Shown here: positions 42,215 through 52,006 of the stretch, piece after piece
How positions within the stretch are numbered: position 1 is the first letter of the stretch
How the letters are laid out: every line of letters starts with the position of its first letter
NCBI GenBank assembly: GCA_002449265.1
Contig: DKCV01000025.1
Location: 79,955-143,954, forward strand
From: Bacillales bacterium UBA6865
GTDB taxonomy: Bacteria; Bacillota_I; Bacilli_A; RFN20; CAG-826
Direction of reading: 5' to 3'
Length of the DNA: 64,000 nucleotides
Translations under genes and position numbers: made by a program
Notes under the pieces: model-generated
Database searches by the model: none
Told to the model about the DNA's origin: nothing
The model's input: the letters and a program-made list of their open reading frames with translations, nothing else

Positions 42215-43072
42215 CTATTTTTGTTTCTCCACAGACGGGTAGATATATTTTTCTAGTTCATAGAACCTACTTATGACGTGCGCAGCGTGTTTTTTTACCG
42301 AGGGAGACCCATGTTCAAGGCAGAAGCTATTCTTCTTAAATTCCTCAAACATCGAAATATCGTTACCACTATCGCCGACAACTAGAACATTATCGCGAGG
42401 TATCGAGTGGTAATCAAGATAAAACTCAAGAGCTTGTCCCTTCGAACACCCCTTAGGGGTGATTTCAATAGCTTGGTTGCACCACGAGAATTCGGCCTCA
42501 GGGAACTCTGCCCGTAAGATTTTGTTGAGATTTTTGCTCTCTTCAATCTTGCTAGGCATGATTCCCATCATGGTCATGAACTTATAGGTTTCACCACGAT
42601 TAATATCCGAATAGAAGATTTCATTGTCTTTAATGGATGGCTCTCGATATACTCCCTGGAAAAGTTGGTAGCACCGAAACATTAAATTATTCAAGAAGCC
42701 ATTGTCTTTATTGGCGAGGATCATGTTGTGATTCTTCGTCATAGAAGCAACAAAACGTGTGCCGTAATCTTGTCGCATTTTTTCTAAAATTTTCAATGCA
42801 ACTTCTGGAGGGAACGTTGTTTCTTTGATGACATTTCCATCACTAAGGATTAAAGCCCCATTGCAGCAAATCGAATCAATCGGAACACCAATATTCTTGG
42901 AGACTTTTTGACTGAAATAGCGATTTCGGGAGCTAACGATCAATAATGTGCCGCCATCTGCGATAAAGCGATCCAAAAAACGGCGATTCTTCTTTCCAAT
43001 CATCTTAAAATGGGCGCGAGGATAAAATAAAGTCCCATCTAAATCTGTAGCGATGACCATGTTTTTCTTCAT
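42215..43072 (-). CDS. Cof-type HAD-IIB phosphatase
   Basis: IATDLDGTL, SSRN and VGDSGNDISMF motifs. Confidence 0.85.
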   Translation of the reverse strand: MKKNMVIATDLDGTLFYPRAHFKMIGKKNRRFLDRFIADGGTLLIVSSRNRYFSQKVSKNIGVPIDSICCNGALILSDGNVIKETTFPPEVALKILEKMRQDYGTRFVASMTKNHNMILANKDNGFLNNLMFRCYQLFQGVYREPSIKDNEIFYSDINRGETYKFMTMMGIMPSKIEESKNLNKILRAEFPEAEFSWCNQAIEITPKGCSKGQALEFYLDYHSIPRDNVLVVGDSGNDISMFEEFKKNSFCLEHGSPSVKKHAAHVISRFYELEKYIYPSVEKQK

Positions 43073-43185
43073 GCAAATAATATACCCTCATCGCTTTTTT
43101 AGTGAAAGTGATAACTATGGAGAGCGATAAAAAAGCGATAAATAAAAGGCCGCAGGAATTTTATTTATTCTCACGGCCAAAAATA

Positions 43186-43743
43186 TTAGCGGTTAGAAAG
43201 TTTATTTTCGACTTGGATGACTCCATATCCGCCATCAAGACGTTTATAGGCAACGGAAATTTCTTCATCGTCACTATCAAGATAGATGAAGAAACTATGT
43301 CCTAAAGCTTCCATGCGAGTGATCGCATCATCAAGGGTCATCGGATCAAGATAGATGCTTTTCGTTCTCACGACTACATCGTTTTCGTCATCTTCACTAG
43401 CCTCTTCAATATTTTCAAGAGCGAGGCTTTTTCCTAAGCCGTATTCGTTTTTATTGCGGTTCATCTTGGTTTTGAGGCGACGCATTTGATCTTCGAGTTT
43501 ATCGATGGCTAAATCGACAGCGGCATATAAATCGTTATTTCTCACTTCAGTGCGGAAATCCATCTCTTTGGTGAAAATGGTAATTTCGACTTTCGCCCCG
43601 ACTTTATAAGCGCTCACAACGGCGCGGCATAAAACCTCGTCATTGATGACAAAATATTTATCCATCCTGCTTAATTTCTTTTGAATGGCGTCACGAATAG
43701 AATCGGTGACTTCGATGTTCTTACCGATGATTTGGTACTTCAT
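43186..43743 (-). CDS. hpf: Ribosome hibernation-promoting factor, long form
   Basis: MKYQIIGKNIEVTDSIRDAIQKKL N-terminal S30AE domain plus a C-terminal dimerisation domain (FFIYLD...VAYKRLDGGYGVI). Confidence 0.9.
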   Translation of the reverse strand: MKYQIIGKNIEVTDSIRDAIQKKLSRMDKYFVINDEVLCRAVVSAYKVGAKVEITIFTKEMDFRTEVRNNDLYAAVDLAIDKLEDQMRRLKTKMNRNKNEYGLGKSLALENIEEASEDDENDVVVRTKSIYLDPMTLDDAITRMEALGHSFFIYLDSDDEEISVAYKRLDGGYGVIQVENKLSNR

Positions 43744-43867
43744 TGGTTATGTCCTTTCTGGGATTGCTCCCTTTGTTACTTCCATTTTAGCGAATATCTT
43801 GCTTTCGACAAGGGACATTATGAAAAAAGTGAGAGAAAACCGAGTCAAATTATTTAGGGAGAGAAAT

Positions 43868-45040
43868 TTATTTATTAAATAAGAATGCTTTAAGTTCTTC
43901 TACTTTATCTAAGTGTTCCCAAGGCAAATCTAAATCAGGGCGCCCAAAGCAACCATAATTAGTCGTATCACTATAGTAAAAGGAAGGATGGGTGAGATGA
44001 AATTGCTCAATAATCGCACCGGGTCTAGCGTCGAAGAATTTGTGAATGGCTTCTAAAATACGTTCATCGCTAACGTGCTTGGTTCCAAATGTAGAGATAC
44101 CAATGCTCATTGGCGTAGCGACACCGATTGCATAACTAAGTTGCACTTCAAGCCTATCGCTTGCCCCTGCCGCAACAAGGTTTTTGGCGATATAGCGAGC
44201 GTAATAAGAAGCGCTGCGGTCAACTTTAGAAGGGTCTTTCCCCGAAAAAGAACCGCCGCCATGTCGACTTGCTCCTCCATAAGTATCGACGATTAATTTT
44301 CTTCCCGTTAATCCAGTGTCGCCAGCTGGCCCCCCAATGACGAAACGTCCAGTCGGGTTAATAAGCGTATGGAAGTCCGAATTCAAATGGAATGATTTAG
44401 CAACCGGAATCATGATTTCGTTTTTGATAAACGCACGGAAAGCGTCTAGATCGACATTCGGATTATGCTGCACGCTCATAAGCATGGAATCAATACGAAT
44501 ATTTTTCGGGTCAGTATAATCGATGGTCACTTGGCTTTTCATATCTGGGCGAGCGCCATTAAATTGACCGCTTTTTCTCATATTAGAGGCTTTTCTCACA
44601 AGCTTATGCGCGATAGAAATCGCTAAAGGCATATACCCCTCTGACTCATTCGTCGCATAACCAAACATAATTCCTTGGTCACCCGCGCCTTGCTTTAAGA
44701 TGTCGCCACGATCAACTCCCATTGCGATATCAGGGGATTGCTCTTTAATGCGCACGTCGATTTGGCAAGTGTCTGCGCCAATACCGAGTTCACTAGATGT
44801 GTAGCCGATCTTTCTTAATGTTTCTCTAGCGGTTTCTTCGTAATCGATTTTAGCGGTGCTAGTGATCTCCCCACCGATAAGAATGTATTCGGTAGTCGCA
44901 AAAACTTCACACGCAACATGCGCTTTATCATCTAAGCGAATGATTTTATCTAAAATCGCATCCGCGATGGCGTCACAAACTTTGTCTGGATGTCCTTCAC
45001 TCACGGATTCACTCGAGAATAGCACTTTTTGTTGATTCAT
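43868..45040 (-). CDS. metK: S-adenosylmethionine synthase
   Basis: GHPDKVCD, GAGDQGIMFGYA, GGGSFSGKD and DRSASYYAR motifs. Confidence 0.97.
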   Translation of the reverse strand: MNQQKVLFSSESVSEGHPDKVCDAIADAILDKIIRLDDKAHVACEVFATTEYILIGGEITSTAKIDYEETARETLRKIGYTSSELGIGADTCQIDVRIKEQSPDIAMGVDRGDILKQGAGDQGIMFGYATNESEGYMPLAISIAHKLVRKASNMRKSGQFNGARPDMKSQVTIDYTDPKNIRIDSMLMSVQHNPNVDLDAFRAFIKNEIMIPVAKSFHLNSDFHTLINPTGRFVIGGPAGDTGLTGRKLIVDTYGGASRHGGGSFSGKDPSKVDRSASYYARYIAKNLVAAGASDRLEVQLSYAIGVATPMSIGISTFGTKHVSDERILEAIHKFFDARPGAIIEQFHLTHPSFYYSDTTNYGCFGRPDLDLPWEHLDKVEELKAFLFNK

Positions 45041-45240
45041 ATTTTTACCTCAATTGCTTTGAAAAAGCCTCCCACTAAAGCGGAAGGCAATATGCTATTC
45101 CTTAGAGCGTCGCTCCTAGAGTGGGTCTAGGCTATAGACAAGCACTTACCTCGTTTTTGAGGAGTTGCTAGCGATCTTTTTCAGTCTATCATGACCGCCT
45201 TCTTGACGTTCTACTTTTCGCCGCGTGCCTATCATAGGTG
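45041..45240 (-). promoter_or_regulatory. Structured ~200-nt metK leader ending in an intrinsic terminator (candidate riboswitch/attenuator; class unresolved)
   Basis: Terminator GCCTTCC-GCTTTAGT-GGGAGGC-TTTTTC (plus coordinates 45061-45088). The upstream CCCACT (45120-45125) can pair with AGTGGG of the 3' arm as an antiterminator. Confidence 0.45.
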
Positions 45241-45261
45241 AAACGAAGAAAAGAAACAAGC

Positions 45262-45289
45262 AAAAAGAAAAGGGAAGTCTCCTTCCCCT
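45262..45289 (-). terminator. Rho-independent terminator after the TSCPD gene
   Basis: Minus strand reads GGGAAG-GAGA-CTTCCC followed by TTTTCTTTTT. Confidence 0.75.
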
Positions 45290-45307
45290 TAATTTAATGG
45301 ATGGCCC

Positions 45308-45565
45308 TTATTTCGTTTCTTTTAAGGCCTTAAGAGCTTCGGCAATTTGATCGGGGCATGAGGTGTTTTTAAAGCCGCACTTAATGCCAGATAGTCGCTC
45401 GATTGCTTCCTCCATCTTCATGCCTTTTAGTAAAGAAGCGATACCCTTGAGATTGCCATTGCATCCACCGATGACGGTTAAGCCAGTAATGAGGTCACCC
45501 TCATAACGAATAATCATCTCGCGAGAGCAAACGCCTTTTGGAATGTAATGAAATTCTTTCTCCAT
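45308..45565 (-). CDS. TSCPD-domain small protein (TIGR03905-like family)
   Basis: 85 aa with GGCNGN...GI..LL.G...........C.....SCPDQ pattern. Confidence 0.75.
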   Translation of the reverse strand: MEKEFHYIPKGVCSREMIIRYEGDLITGLTVIGGCNGNLKGIASLLKGMKMEEAIERLSGIKCGFKNTSCPDQIAEALKALKETK

Positions 45566-45568
45566 AAA

Positions 45569-46192
45569 TTAACGAACAATTGTCCCTAAGATCGGGCCTT
45601 TTCCACCCGCATTAGCGGCATTGCTTTCATCAGTGTCAATGTGCATGTTGAGATGATATTTTGGAGAAACGCGGATCACGGTATCTCCAAAAATAGTTTC
45701 GCGCCCTGTTCCTTTGATGAGAACAGAGACAATTTGTCCGTTAGTAACACCAAATTCTTCTGCATCCAAAGGAGTCATATGAATGTGGCGTTTTGCAACG
45801 ATGCATCCTTCTTTTAAGTCAAGACGTTTTCCGTTTGCTGGATTAACAAGAGCAATCGGGGCGCTTCCAGCGACGTCACCAGATTCTCTAATTGGGGCGC
45901 TGACGCCAAGAGTGCGTGCATCGGTAAGAGATACTTCCACTTGGTTAACGTTGCGCACTGGACCAAGGATAGAAACGCCAGCGATCATTCTTTCTTTTCC
46001 CGTTTTTGGATTGACTGGTCCAACAAGATTCAAACGAGTGAAGCTAACGAATTGCCCAGGTTGAGATAATGGGGCGCGAACTTCTAAAGAAGCATGCTCC
46101 CCTTCTTTTGCATCAAGTAGATAATCAAGCGCTTCTTGCGTAACGTGAACGTGACGGGCGCTAGTTTCAACAACGAATGTTTTTTCTTCCAT
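45569..46192 (-). CDS. pduL: Phosphate acyltransferase PduL (phosphate propanoyl/acetyl-transferase)
   Basis: Duplicated SARHVHV / KRHIHM motifs. Start chosen at ATG 46192 (MEEKTFVVE). Confidence 0.85.
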   Translation of the reverse strand: MEEKTFVVETSARHVHVTQEALDYLLDAKEGEHASLEVRAPLSQPGQFVSFTRLNLVGPVNPKTGKERMIAGVSILGPVRNVNQVEVSLTDARTLGVSAPIRESGDVAGSAPIALVNPANGKRLDLKEGCIVAKRHIHMTPLDAEEFGVTNGQIVSVLIKGTGRETIFGDTVIRVSPKYHLNMHIDTDESNAANAGGKGPILGTIVR

Positions 46193-46346
46193 AAAATTAA
46201 ATACCTCAAAAACTAACATCGATATTATAATTCCTCGCATTTCGAGTTGTTAACCAAAAGAATGTTTTCTTCATTTGAACCGTTTTCGCTACCTTTTCTA
46301 TTAGAAAATGGCTAAACTAGCCCTAACCAAAAAGGAGGGCGCATCG

Positions 46347-47900
46347 ATGCTTGAAGAAGAGAAAAAAGACCAAGAAGAGAAAGAGCCCACCGAATCACCT
46401 GAAAGCAGTGAGAAAGTAAATGTCAAAAAAGTCACCGCTGAAGAGCTAGAAAATGCAATTATTGCCCATGAAAGAACCAAATTAAGGGAAATTTTTGATA
46501 CGGTCCCGAATATTGATATTGCCGAAGCCGCCGAAGAACTCGATATAAAAGTGCTTATCGCCTTATTCCGTGATATCTCGAGTGAATTAAGCGCTCCCTT
46601 GTTTGATGAGCTCACGCAAGACAAAAAAGAAGAACTCGTGAAAGCAATGACGGATAAAGAACTCGTCGCTTTAGTTAACGAGCAATTCGCTGATGACGTC
46701 ACCGATACGGTTGGAGACATGCCGGCGAATTTGGCGCGAAGAGTGCTTAGGGCCGCCGACAAAGACATGCGCGCTGATATCAATGTCTTACTAAAATATA
46801 AACCCGATACGGCTGGCGCGATCATGACCACGGAATTCCTTGAATTTAAGCAAGGGGAACCCGTCAAAAAAACCATTGCGGAAATTCGCGCGAAAGGTAA
46901 AGACGCCGAAACCATTTATACGATTTTCGTCCGCAACGAAAAACGAAAATTCGTTGGCACGGTCGACCTCGATGATTTGATTTTCGCTTCCGAAGATCAA
47001 AAACTCATGGACATCATGAACAAAGACGCCCCTTCTTGTCACGCTTCCACCGACAAAGAAGAAGTCGCGAATATGTTCCGCCGCTACGACCTTAACGCAA
47101 TGGCGGTTTTAAACGATGATGGTTGCTTAATCGGCATCGTCACAGTCGACGACGCGGTTGATGTCATCACCGAAGAAAGTAACGAAGACTTAGCCCGTGT
47201 GACAAATATGGAACCAACCGAAAAACCATACATGGAGATGACCATTTGGGAAAACGCTAAAAAATGTTTTCCTTGGATTATCGCTCTTCTAATATTAGGA
47301 ACATTTACCACGATGGTCTTAAATCGTCTAGAAACGCAACAAATCTTCCAAAGCTTACCGATTCTAATTTCTTTTGTCCCTACTCTTATGGATACGGGTG
47401 GAAATGCCGGCGGACAAACGACTGGTATGATGATTCGCTCGTTAGCAATGAAAGAATTCGGACCAAAGGAAGTCGGGAAAGTCGTATGGCGAGAATTCCG
47501 TAGCTCGATTTTAATCGCTTTATTCGTTGCGGTTTTTGCTTTCCTTTGGATTACCATCGAAGAATATACGGGTATCGTTAGTCTTGGCACCATTAAGGAT
47601 ATGGATGGAACCTTATATAGTTTTGAAGGATATTCCATTTGGAATGGCTCGGTTTTTAATGGCCCTCAAGCAGGCGAATTCGCGGTGCATGCCCTTACTT
47701 TCTCTTCTTTAGTCGCGGTCACGATGTTTGCGGCCGTAAGCGTCTCAAAAATCATCGGGACTTTGTTATGCATGGGGGCGGCCGCCATTAAAAAAGACCC
47801 TGCCTTACTCGCTCAGCCTCTCCTCACTACTGTGATGGACGTCACGACTTTGCTTATCTATTTCGCTATGGCTTGTCTTTTTTTCCCAAAGTTTGCTTAA
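46347..47900 (+). CDS. mgtE: Magnesium transporter MgtE
   Basis: N-domain, CBS pair and TM domain with MDTGGNAGGQT. GGAGGG SD precedes ATG 46347. Confidence 0.92.
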   Translation: MLEEEKKDQEEKEPTESPESSEKVNVKKVTAEELENAIIAHERTKLREIFDTVPNIDIAEAAEELDIKVLIALFRDISSELSAPLFDELTQDKKEELVKAMTDKELVALVNEQFADDVTDTVGDMPANLARRVLRAADKDMRADINVLLKYKPDTAGAIMTTEFLEFKQGEPVKKTIAEIRAKGKDAETIYTIFVRNEKRKFVGTVDLDDLIFASEDQKLMDIMNKDAPSCHASTDKEEVANMFRRYDLNAMAVLNDDGCLIGIVTVDDAVDVITEESNEDLARVTNMEPTEKPYMEMTIWENAKKCFPWIIALLILGTFTTMVLNRLETQQIFQSLPILISFVPTLMDTGGNAGGQTTGMMIRSLAMKEFGPKEVGKVVWREFRSSILIALFVAVFAFLWITIEEYTGIVSLGTIKDMDGTLYSFEGYSIWNGSVFNGPQAGEFAVHALTFSSLVAVTMFAAVSVSKIIGTLLCMGAAAIKKDPALLAQPLLTTVMDVTTLLIYFAMACLFFPKFA

Positions 47901-47908
47901 ATTCTCGA

Positions 47909-47937
47909 TTGCAAAAAGAAGCATCTCTCACTATAAT
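47909..47937 (+). promoter_or_regulatory. Near-consensus promoter TTGCAA-17nt-TATAAT for tRNA-Leu(GAG)
   Basis: TTGCAA (47909-47914), 17-nt spacer, TATAAT (47932-47937). The tRNA starts at 47948. Confidence 0.7.
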
Positions 47938-47947
47938 TCTTTTCGCC

Positions 47948-48032
47948 GCGGGAATGGCGGAAATGGTAGACGCGTACGTTTGAGGGGCGTATGAGGCAAC
48001 TCATGCCAGTTCGATTCTGGTTTCCCGCACCA
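47948..48032 (+). tRNA. tRNA-Leu (anticodon GAG), type II, CCA encoded
   Basis: Acceptor GCGGGAA/TTCCCGC. Anticodon arm TACGT-TTGAGGG-GCGTA. Long variable arm. T-loop TTCGATT. Confidence 0.85.
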
Positions 48033-48044
48033 AGAAAAATCATG

Positions 48045-48070
48045 GTCTCGATTCGTTCGGGACTTTTTCT
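48045..48070 (+). terminator. Rho-independent terminator after tRNA-Leu
   Basis: GTCTCG-ATTCGTT-CGGGAC followed by TTTTTCTTTC. Confidence 0.65.
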
Positions 48071-48154
48071 TTCACTCATTATTAAGAAAGTCGAGCAAAA
48101 CTCTTAACTATGTCCATTTTCAAAAATGCCTGCATACTATAAAATAAAGTAGGC

Positions 48155-49753
48155 ATGGGGAATTTAATTGATTATTTAGCATGGAAAGGCGATATCCCTT
48201 TCTCGTCTCTCCCATTGAACGATTTGGATGCCGCGATCTTAAGCGCTTTGGCATACATTGATTTTTCTCGGGTTCTTACCGAAAAGGATTCTCTTTCCTT
48301 TTCTAGCGCGGTCAAAAAATTGAAAGATCATGAAAAACCACATTTTTTGGCGCTTGATGATCCCTTAAAAGAAGAACAATACAATGATTTTCTAAACGCG
48401 GTATTAGCGAGCGTTCGCTATAAAGACTTAATCTTGCACGATTATGTGGACATCCATGACGAAAGCGAAATCACGCAATTTGCGGCAATGTGCTTCACTT
48501 TACAAAAAGGAGAAGAAGCCGTTATTTACCGGGGAACCGATGAAACGTTAGTAGGATGGAAAGAAGACTGCATACTTTCTTTTATGGAAGCGCCATGTCA
48601 AAGACGGGCGTTATCTTACTTAGTCCGCACCTTATCCAATTCCAAAAAAGTCCACGTCATGGGGCACTCAAAAGGGAGCAATCTCGCTTTATACGCTTCC
48701 TTATATATTACCGACAAAGAATTAAAGAAAGTCGATGGCATCTATTTATTAGATGGTCCTGGACTATGCAAAGACGTATTCCCCGAAATTGAAACGCATC
48801 GTATCGATAACAAGGTTCATGTTTTTGAACCGGAATTTGATGTTGTCGCAAAAATATTCGAGATTAAATTTTCCAATACCACAATCATCAAAAGCGATGA
48901 GCAAGGCATCATGTGTCACGGCATTTTAAGTTGGCAAGTCGCCGATGGGAAATTCGTAACTTGCTCTACAAATGATCCCGAAGCTCTTTGGATTCAAAAC
49001 ACCATCAATAGCCTAGTTGAAAATCTCACACCGAAAGAAAGACAATCTTTCGTCAATACTCTTTTTGACGCCCTCACGAAAAACGGCGAAAAGACTGTTT
49101 TCGATTTCAAAAAGAATCCAGTCACCGTGCTAGAACGCGTGTTAGTAAAAACATTCCATGCGACAAGAAGAAACAAAAAGGCTACCCGTAAAATCGGATT
49201 TTCCCTTGTCTTTGGAACGGGGTTTGAGGACTTAAAAAGTATCAAAAAGATATCCGAATTCTTCTTCACAAACATTTTTTACGGAATTGTCATGATTGTT
49301 TTTGGAATCTTATTTGTGGCAGTTCCAAAAAGTGCCCTCCCGATTGCGGCAATGACCTTATTAAGCGCTTTTTTTGCGTTTGAACTGGGGTTAAATATTT
49401 ATTATCTAGTCAAATCGAAATGGAATTGGAAACAGCAAAAACTCCGTCTTCTCTTTTTTCTATTCGGAATCGTTTTATATGGTGCTTTATGGGGAAGAGA
49501 TGGAAACGTTTCTTTCTTTGCAAACTGGCTATTTGGCATCTTCTTCTTATTATTTGGCATATGGATGGTTCAATCATTAGAACAGAACCGGAAAAAGAGT
49601 CTCTTTGATTTTGTGTGGAACATCCTTGAAATCAGTCTTTACGTGGTTGTTGGTTGCTATTTGCTTTATTCGCCAGAACAATTTTTGCCTTATGGAACTT
49701 TTGTAACGGGTTGCGTTTTAATCGTGGATGGGGCAATGAAGATAATTCGTTAA
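48155..49753 (+). CDS. DUF2974 (Mbeg1-like) alpha/beta-hydrolase/lipase domain fused to a C-terminal polytopic membrane domain
   Basis: N-terminal LIDYLAWKGDIPF...LSALAYIDF, nucleophile elbow GHSKG, and about 6 C-terminal TM helices. Confidence 0.7.
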   Translation: MGNLIDYLAWKGDIPFSSLPLNDLDAAILSALAYIDFSRVLTEKDSLSFSSAVKKLKDHEKPHFLALDDPLKEEQYNDFLNAVLASVRYKDLILHDYVDIHDESEITQFAAMCFTLQKGEEAVIYRGTDETLVGWKEDCILSFMEAPCQRRALSYLVRTLSNSKKVHVMGHSKGSNLALYASLYITDKELKKVDGIYLLDGPGLCKDVFPEIETHRIDNKVHVFEPEFDVVAKIFEIKFSNTTIIKSDEQGIMCHGILSWQVADGKFVTCSTNDPEALWIQNTINSLVENLTPKERQSFVNTLFDALTKNGEKTVFDFKKNPVTVLERVLVKTFHATRRNKKATRKIGFSLVFGTGFEDLKSIKKISEFFFTNIFYGIVMIVFGILFVAVPKSALPIAAMTLLSAFFAFELGLNIYYLVKSKWNWKQQKLRLLFFLFGIVLYGALWGRDGNVSFFANWLFGIFFLLFGIWMVQSLEQNRKKSLFDFVWNILEISLYVVVGCYLLYSPEQFLPYGTFVTGCVLIVDGAMKIIR

Positions 49754-49794
49754 CGCTTTTTAATTATCAAAGCAAAAGCCCCCTATTTTTGTTA

Positions 49795-49800
49795 TATAAT
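49795..49800 (+). promoter_or_regulatory. -10 box TATAAT, 7 nt upstream of the ABC-F ATG (candidate leaderless)
   Basis: TATAAT-TCTTTTT-ATG(49808). Confidence 0.45.
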
Positions 49801-49807
49801 TCTTTTT

Positions 49808-51337
49808 ATGGCATTATTAGAAGTTCAAAATTTAACATATAATTACAGCGATAAAGAACTCTATCGAAAGGTTTCATTTAAGATTAATCCAGGCGAACAC
49901 TGTGCGCTTGTCGGGGTGAATGGATCAGGGAAAACAACTTTATTGAATCTATTAGTCGGCGATTTATTGCCCGATGAAGGAAAAATCATTTGGACGCCCC
50001 ATGTCAGCTTTAGTTATCTAGATCAGCAATTAAAAGTGAAACAAGATATGCCAGTGAGTGCCTATTTATATGGCGTTTACGAAGAGCTTTTCCAAAAAGA
50101 AAAGCAAATGGAAAAATATTATGAAGAGGCCGCGACAAGTAGCGACTATGAAAAGCTCCTTGCCAAAGCTGAACGCTTGCAGAACGAATTAAACGACGCA
50201 TCGTTTTACGCACTTCAAGAAAAAGTCGGACGTTTAACCGATGGGTTAGGCTTCGATAAAGCGCATCTAGAAGCCCCGCTCCATGAACTTTCTAGCGGGC
50301 AAAGAGAAAAAGCGTATCTTGCAAAAATGCTATTGGAGGAGAAAGACGTTCTCATTATGGACGAGCCGACTAACTTTCTTGACCAAACGCAAGTTGCTTG
50401 GCTAAGCTCCTATTTGAAAAACTATCCAAAAGCCTTCCTCGTCGTAAGCCACGACCAGGAATTCTTGCGAAAAATCGCCGGTGTGGTCTTTGTTTTGGAA
50501 AACGGCACTATCACGCGTTATAAAGGTGATTACGATCACTTTTTGTCCCAACACGAACTCGACAAAGAACAATACGCGAAAAACTACGAAGCGCAACAAC
50601 GTTACATCAAAAAAGAAGAAGTATTTATTGCAAAGCATATTGTAAGAGCCACTTCCTCGAAAGCGGCGAAAAGTCACCGCGCTAGACTTGCACATCTCGA
50701 AGTCATGGAAGCGCCAAAGAAAGAGGAAGGACGCGTTCACTTTTCTTTCCCCTTTACGCATGATGTTGGCGAACTTCCTTTAAAAGTCGAAGAGTTATCG
50801 ATTGGCTATAAAGAGCCACTGCTCGATCCAATTTCTTTTGTACTGAAACGCGGTGAAAAAATTGCGGTTTTAGGTCAAAACGGCGTTGGGAAAAGTACAT
50901 TCTTAAAGACGATACTAGGAATAATTCCTGCATTAGGTGGGAGTTACACTTGGCTACCTTTCACTACGATCAACTATTTTAATCAGGACGAAAAGCTCGA
51001 TTTATCCTTATCGCCTTTTGAATATGTTGCCTCCTTTTACCCCGCTTTAACAAACACACAAATTAGGACTGCTTTAGGCGCGGTTGGCGTCAGAAAAGAA
51101 CTTGCAATTCGAAAAATGTCCGAATTATCGGGTGGCGAAGTCACAAAAGCCCGTTTTGCCCTTATGACCCTAAAAAAGAGTAATTTTTTGGTGCTAGATG
51201 AGCCAACCAATCATTTGGATCAAAAAGCAAAAGACGCATTATTTGAAGCGATTGAGAAATTTGAAGGATGCGTCATTATCGTGAGCCACGAAAAAGACTT
51301 CTATGATGGCTTAGTGGATTATGAATTATATTTCTAA
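49808..51337 (+). CDS. ABC-F family ATPase (two NBDs, no TMD; ribosome-associated type)
   Basis: GVNGSGKTT and GQNGVGKST Walker A motifs, LSSGQREK and LSGGEVTK signatures, and a basic inter-domain linker. Confidence 0.9.
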   Translation: MALLEVQNLTYNYSDKELYRKVSFKINPGEHCALVGVNGSGKTTLLNLLVGDLLPDEGKIIWTPHVSFSYLDQQLKVKQDMPVSAYLYGVYEELFQKEKQMEKYYEEAATSSDYEKLLAKAERLQNELNDASFYALQEKVGRLTDGLGFDKAHLEAPLHELSSGQREKAYLAKMLLEEKDVLIMDEPTNFLDQTQVAWLSSYLKNYPKAFLVVSHDQEFLRKIAGVVFVLENGTITRYKGDYDHFLSQHELDKEQYAKNYEAQQRYIKKEEVFIAKHIVRATSSKAAKSHRARLAHLEVMEAPKKEEGRVHFSFPFTHDVGELPLKVEELSIGYKEPLLDPISFVLKRGEKIAVLGQNGVGKSTFLKTILGIIPALGGSYTWLPFTTINYFNQDEKLDLSLSPFEYVASFYPALTNTQIRTALGAVGVRKELAIRKMSELSGGEVTKARFALMTLKKSNFLVLDEPTNHLDQKAKDALFEAIEKFEGCVIIVSHEKDFYDGLVDYELYF

Positions 51338-51358
51338 ATCCCTGTAAAATTGGCCTAA

Positions 51359-51880
51359 TTAATGAATACGACTCTTTTTGCGAAAGCCAAACAAATAAAA
51401 CAAAAAAGAATAAAGAATTTGCTTTCTCCAATATTCATATCCTAGCAAATCACTATTATAAGTGGCGACAATACGTCGATAATTCGCATTTAAATCATTG
51501 AGCAAAGAGAGCATCGTTTCATAGTCTTCCCCTTTTTTTAGCCAACTATTTTCTTCGGCTAAATAGTGAAGTCTTTTTTCTAATGTCGAAATGGTTTCGC
51601 GGTAAAGAGGGATGTCACTATCTTTGATACGCTTATTTTTCAAATTCATAACGTGATGAACCGCTTCTAAATCAGCCTCGCTAAATTTAATTTTTGCTTC
51701 TTTGAAAGAATGATATAAAGCGAGCAAGGCTTCTATTTTTTCGCTAAACAAAATCGAAAAAGCAGTCACGCGTTTTTTTAGCTTTCGATTAAAACCGAGC
51801 AAAGAAATATAGCAAAACAAAAATCCTAATAGATAGATGAACGCTACTACTGCCAAGGTCCAATATAACGCTGCTCTCAT
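51359..51880 (-). CDS. Membrane-anchored hypothetical protein, weakly LemA-like
   Basis: N-terminal TM helix. NANYRRIVATYNSDLLGY resembles the LemA R..YN....YN motif. Confidence 0.35.
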   Translation of the reverse strand: MRAALYWTLAVVAFIYLLGFLFCYISLLGFNRKLKKRVTAFSILFSEKIEALLALYHSFKEAKIKFSEADLEAVHHVMNLKNKRIKDSDIPLYRETISTLEKRLHYLAEENSWLKKGEDYETMLSLLNDLNANYRRIVATYNSDLLGYEYWRKQILYSFLFYLFGFRKKSRIH

Positions 51881-51958
51881 AATAAGCGTTATTTTACGCT
51901 ACTTGCTCACTATTTGCGAACAATTCTCGCGAATAGAGCTCGCCAAATAACGGCAAAA

Positions 51959-51987
51959 TTGACGGAGAAAGAAAAGAGTCATAAACT
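51959..51987 (+). promoter_or_regulatory. Promoter TTGACG-17nt-TAAACT for the 52007 gene (SD-led)
   Basis: TTGACG (51959-51964) and TAAACT (51982-51987). AAGAGG SD precedes ATG 52007. Confidence 0.5.
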
Positions 51988-52006
51988 TTTAAGAAGAGGT
52001 AGCAAA

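Noticed and set aside
45041-45240. Calling the metK leader a canonical SAM-I (S-box) riboswitch or a T-box
   Set aside because: I could not locate the conserved S-box P2/kink-turn sequences or the T-box GGTGGTACCGCG-type motif by eye. It is kept only as an unclassified candidate regulatory leader.
46241-46346. M-box (Mg2+) riboswitch upstream of mgtE
   Set aside because: The spacer is only about 100 nt, with no extended conserved helices visible, which is too short for an M-box aptamer plus expression platform.
46301-46915. 204-aa ORF on the minus strand (Ser/Ala/Phe-rich)
   Set aside because: It is entirely antisense to the well-supported mgtE gene. It has low-complexity composition typical of the reverse frame of a Glu/Lys/Ala-rich gene, and no SD sequence or promoter.
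47084-47638. 184-aa minus-strand ORF
   Set aside because: It is antisense to the mgtE TM domain, and no motif is recognisable. It is a shadow ORF.
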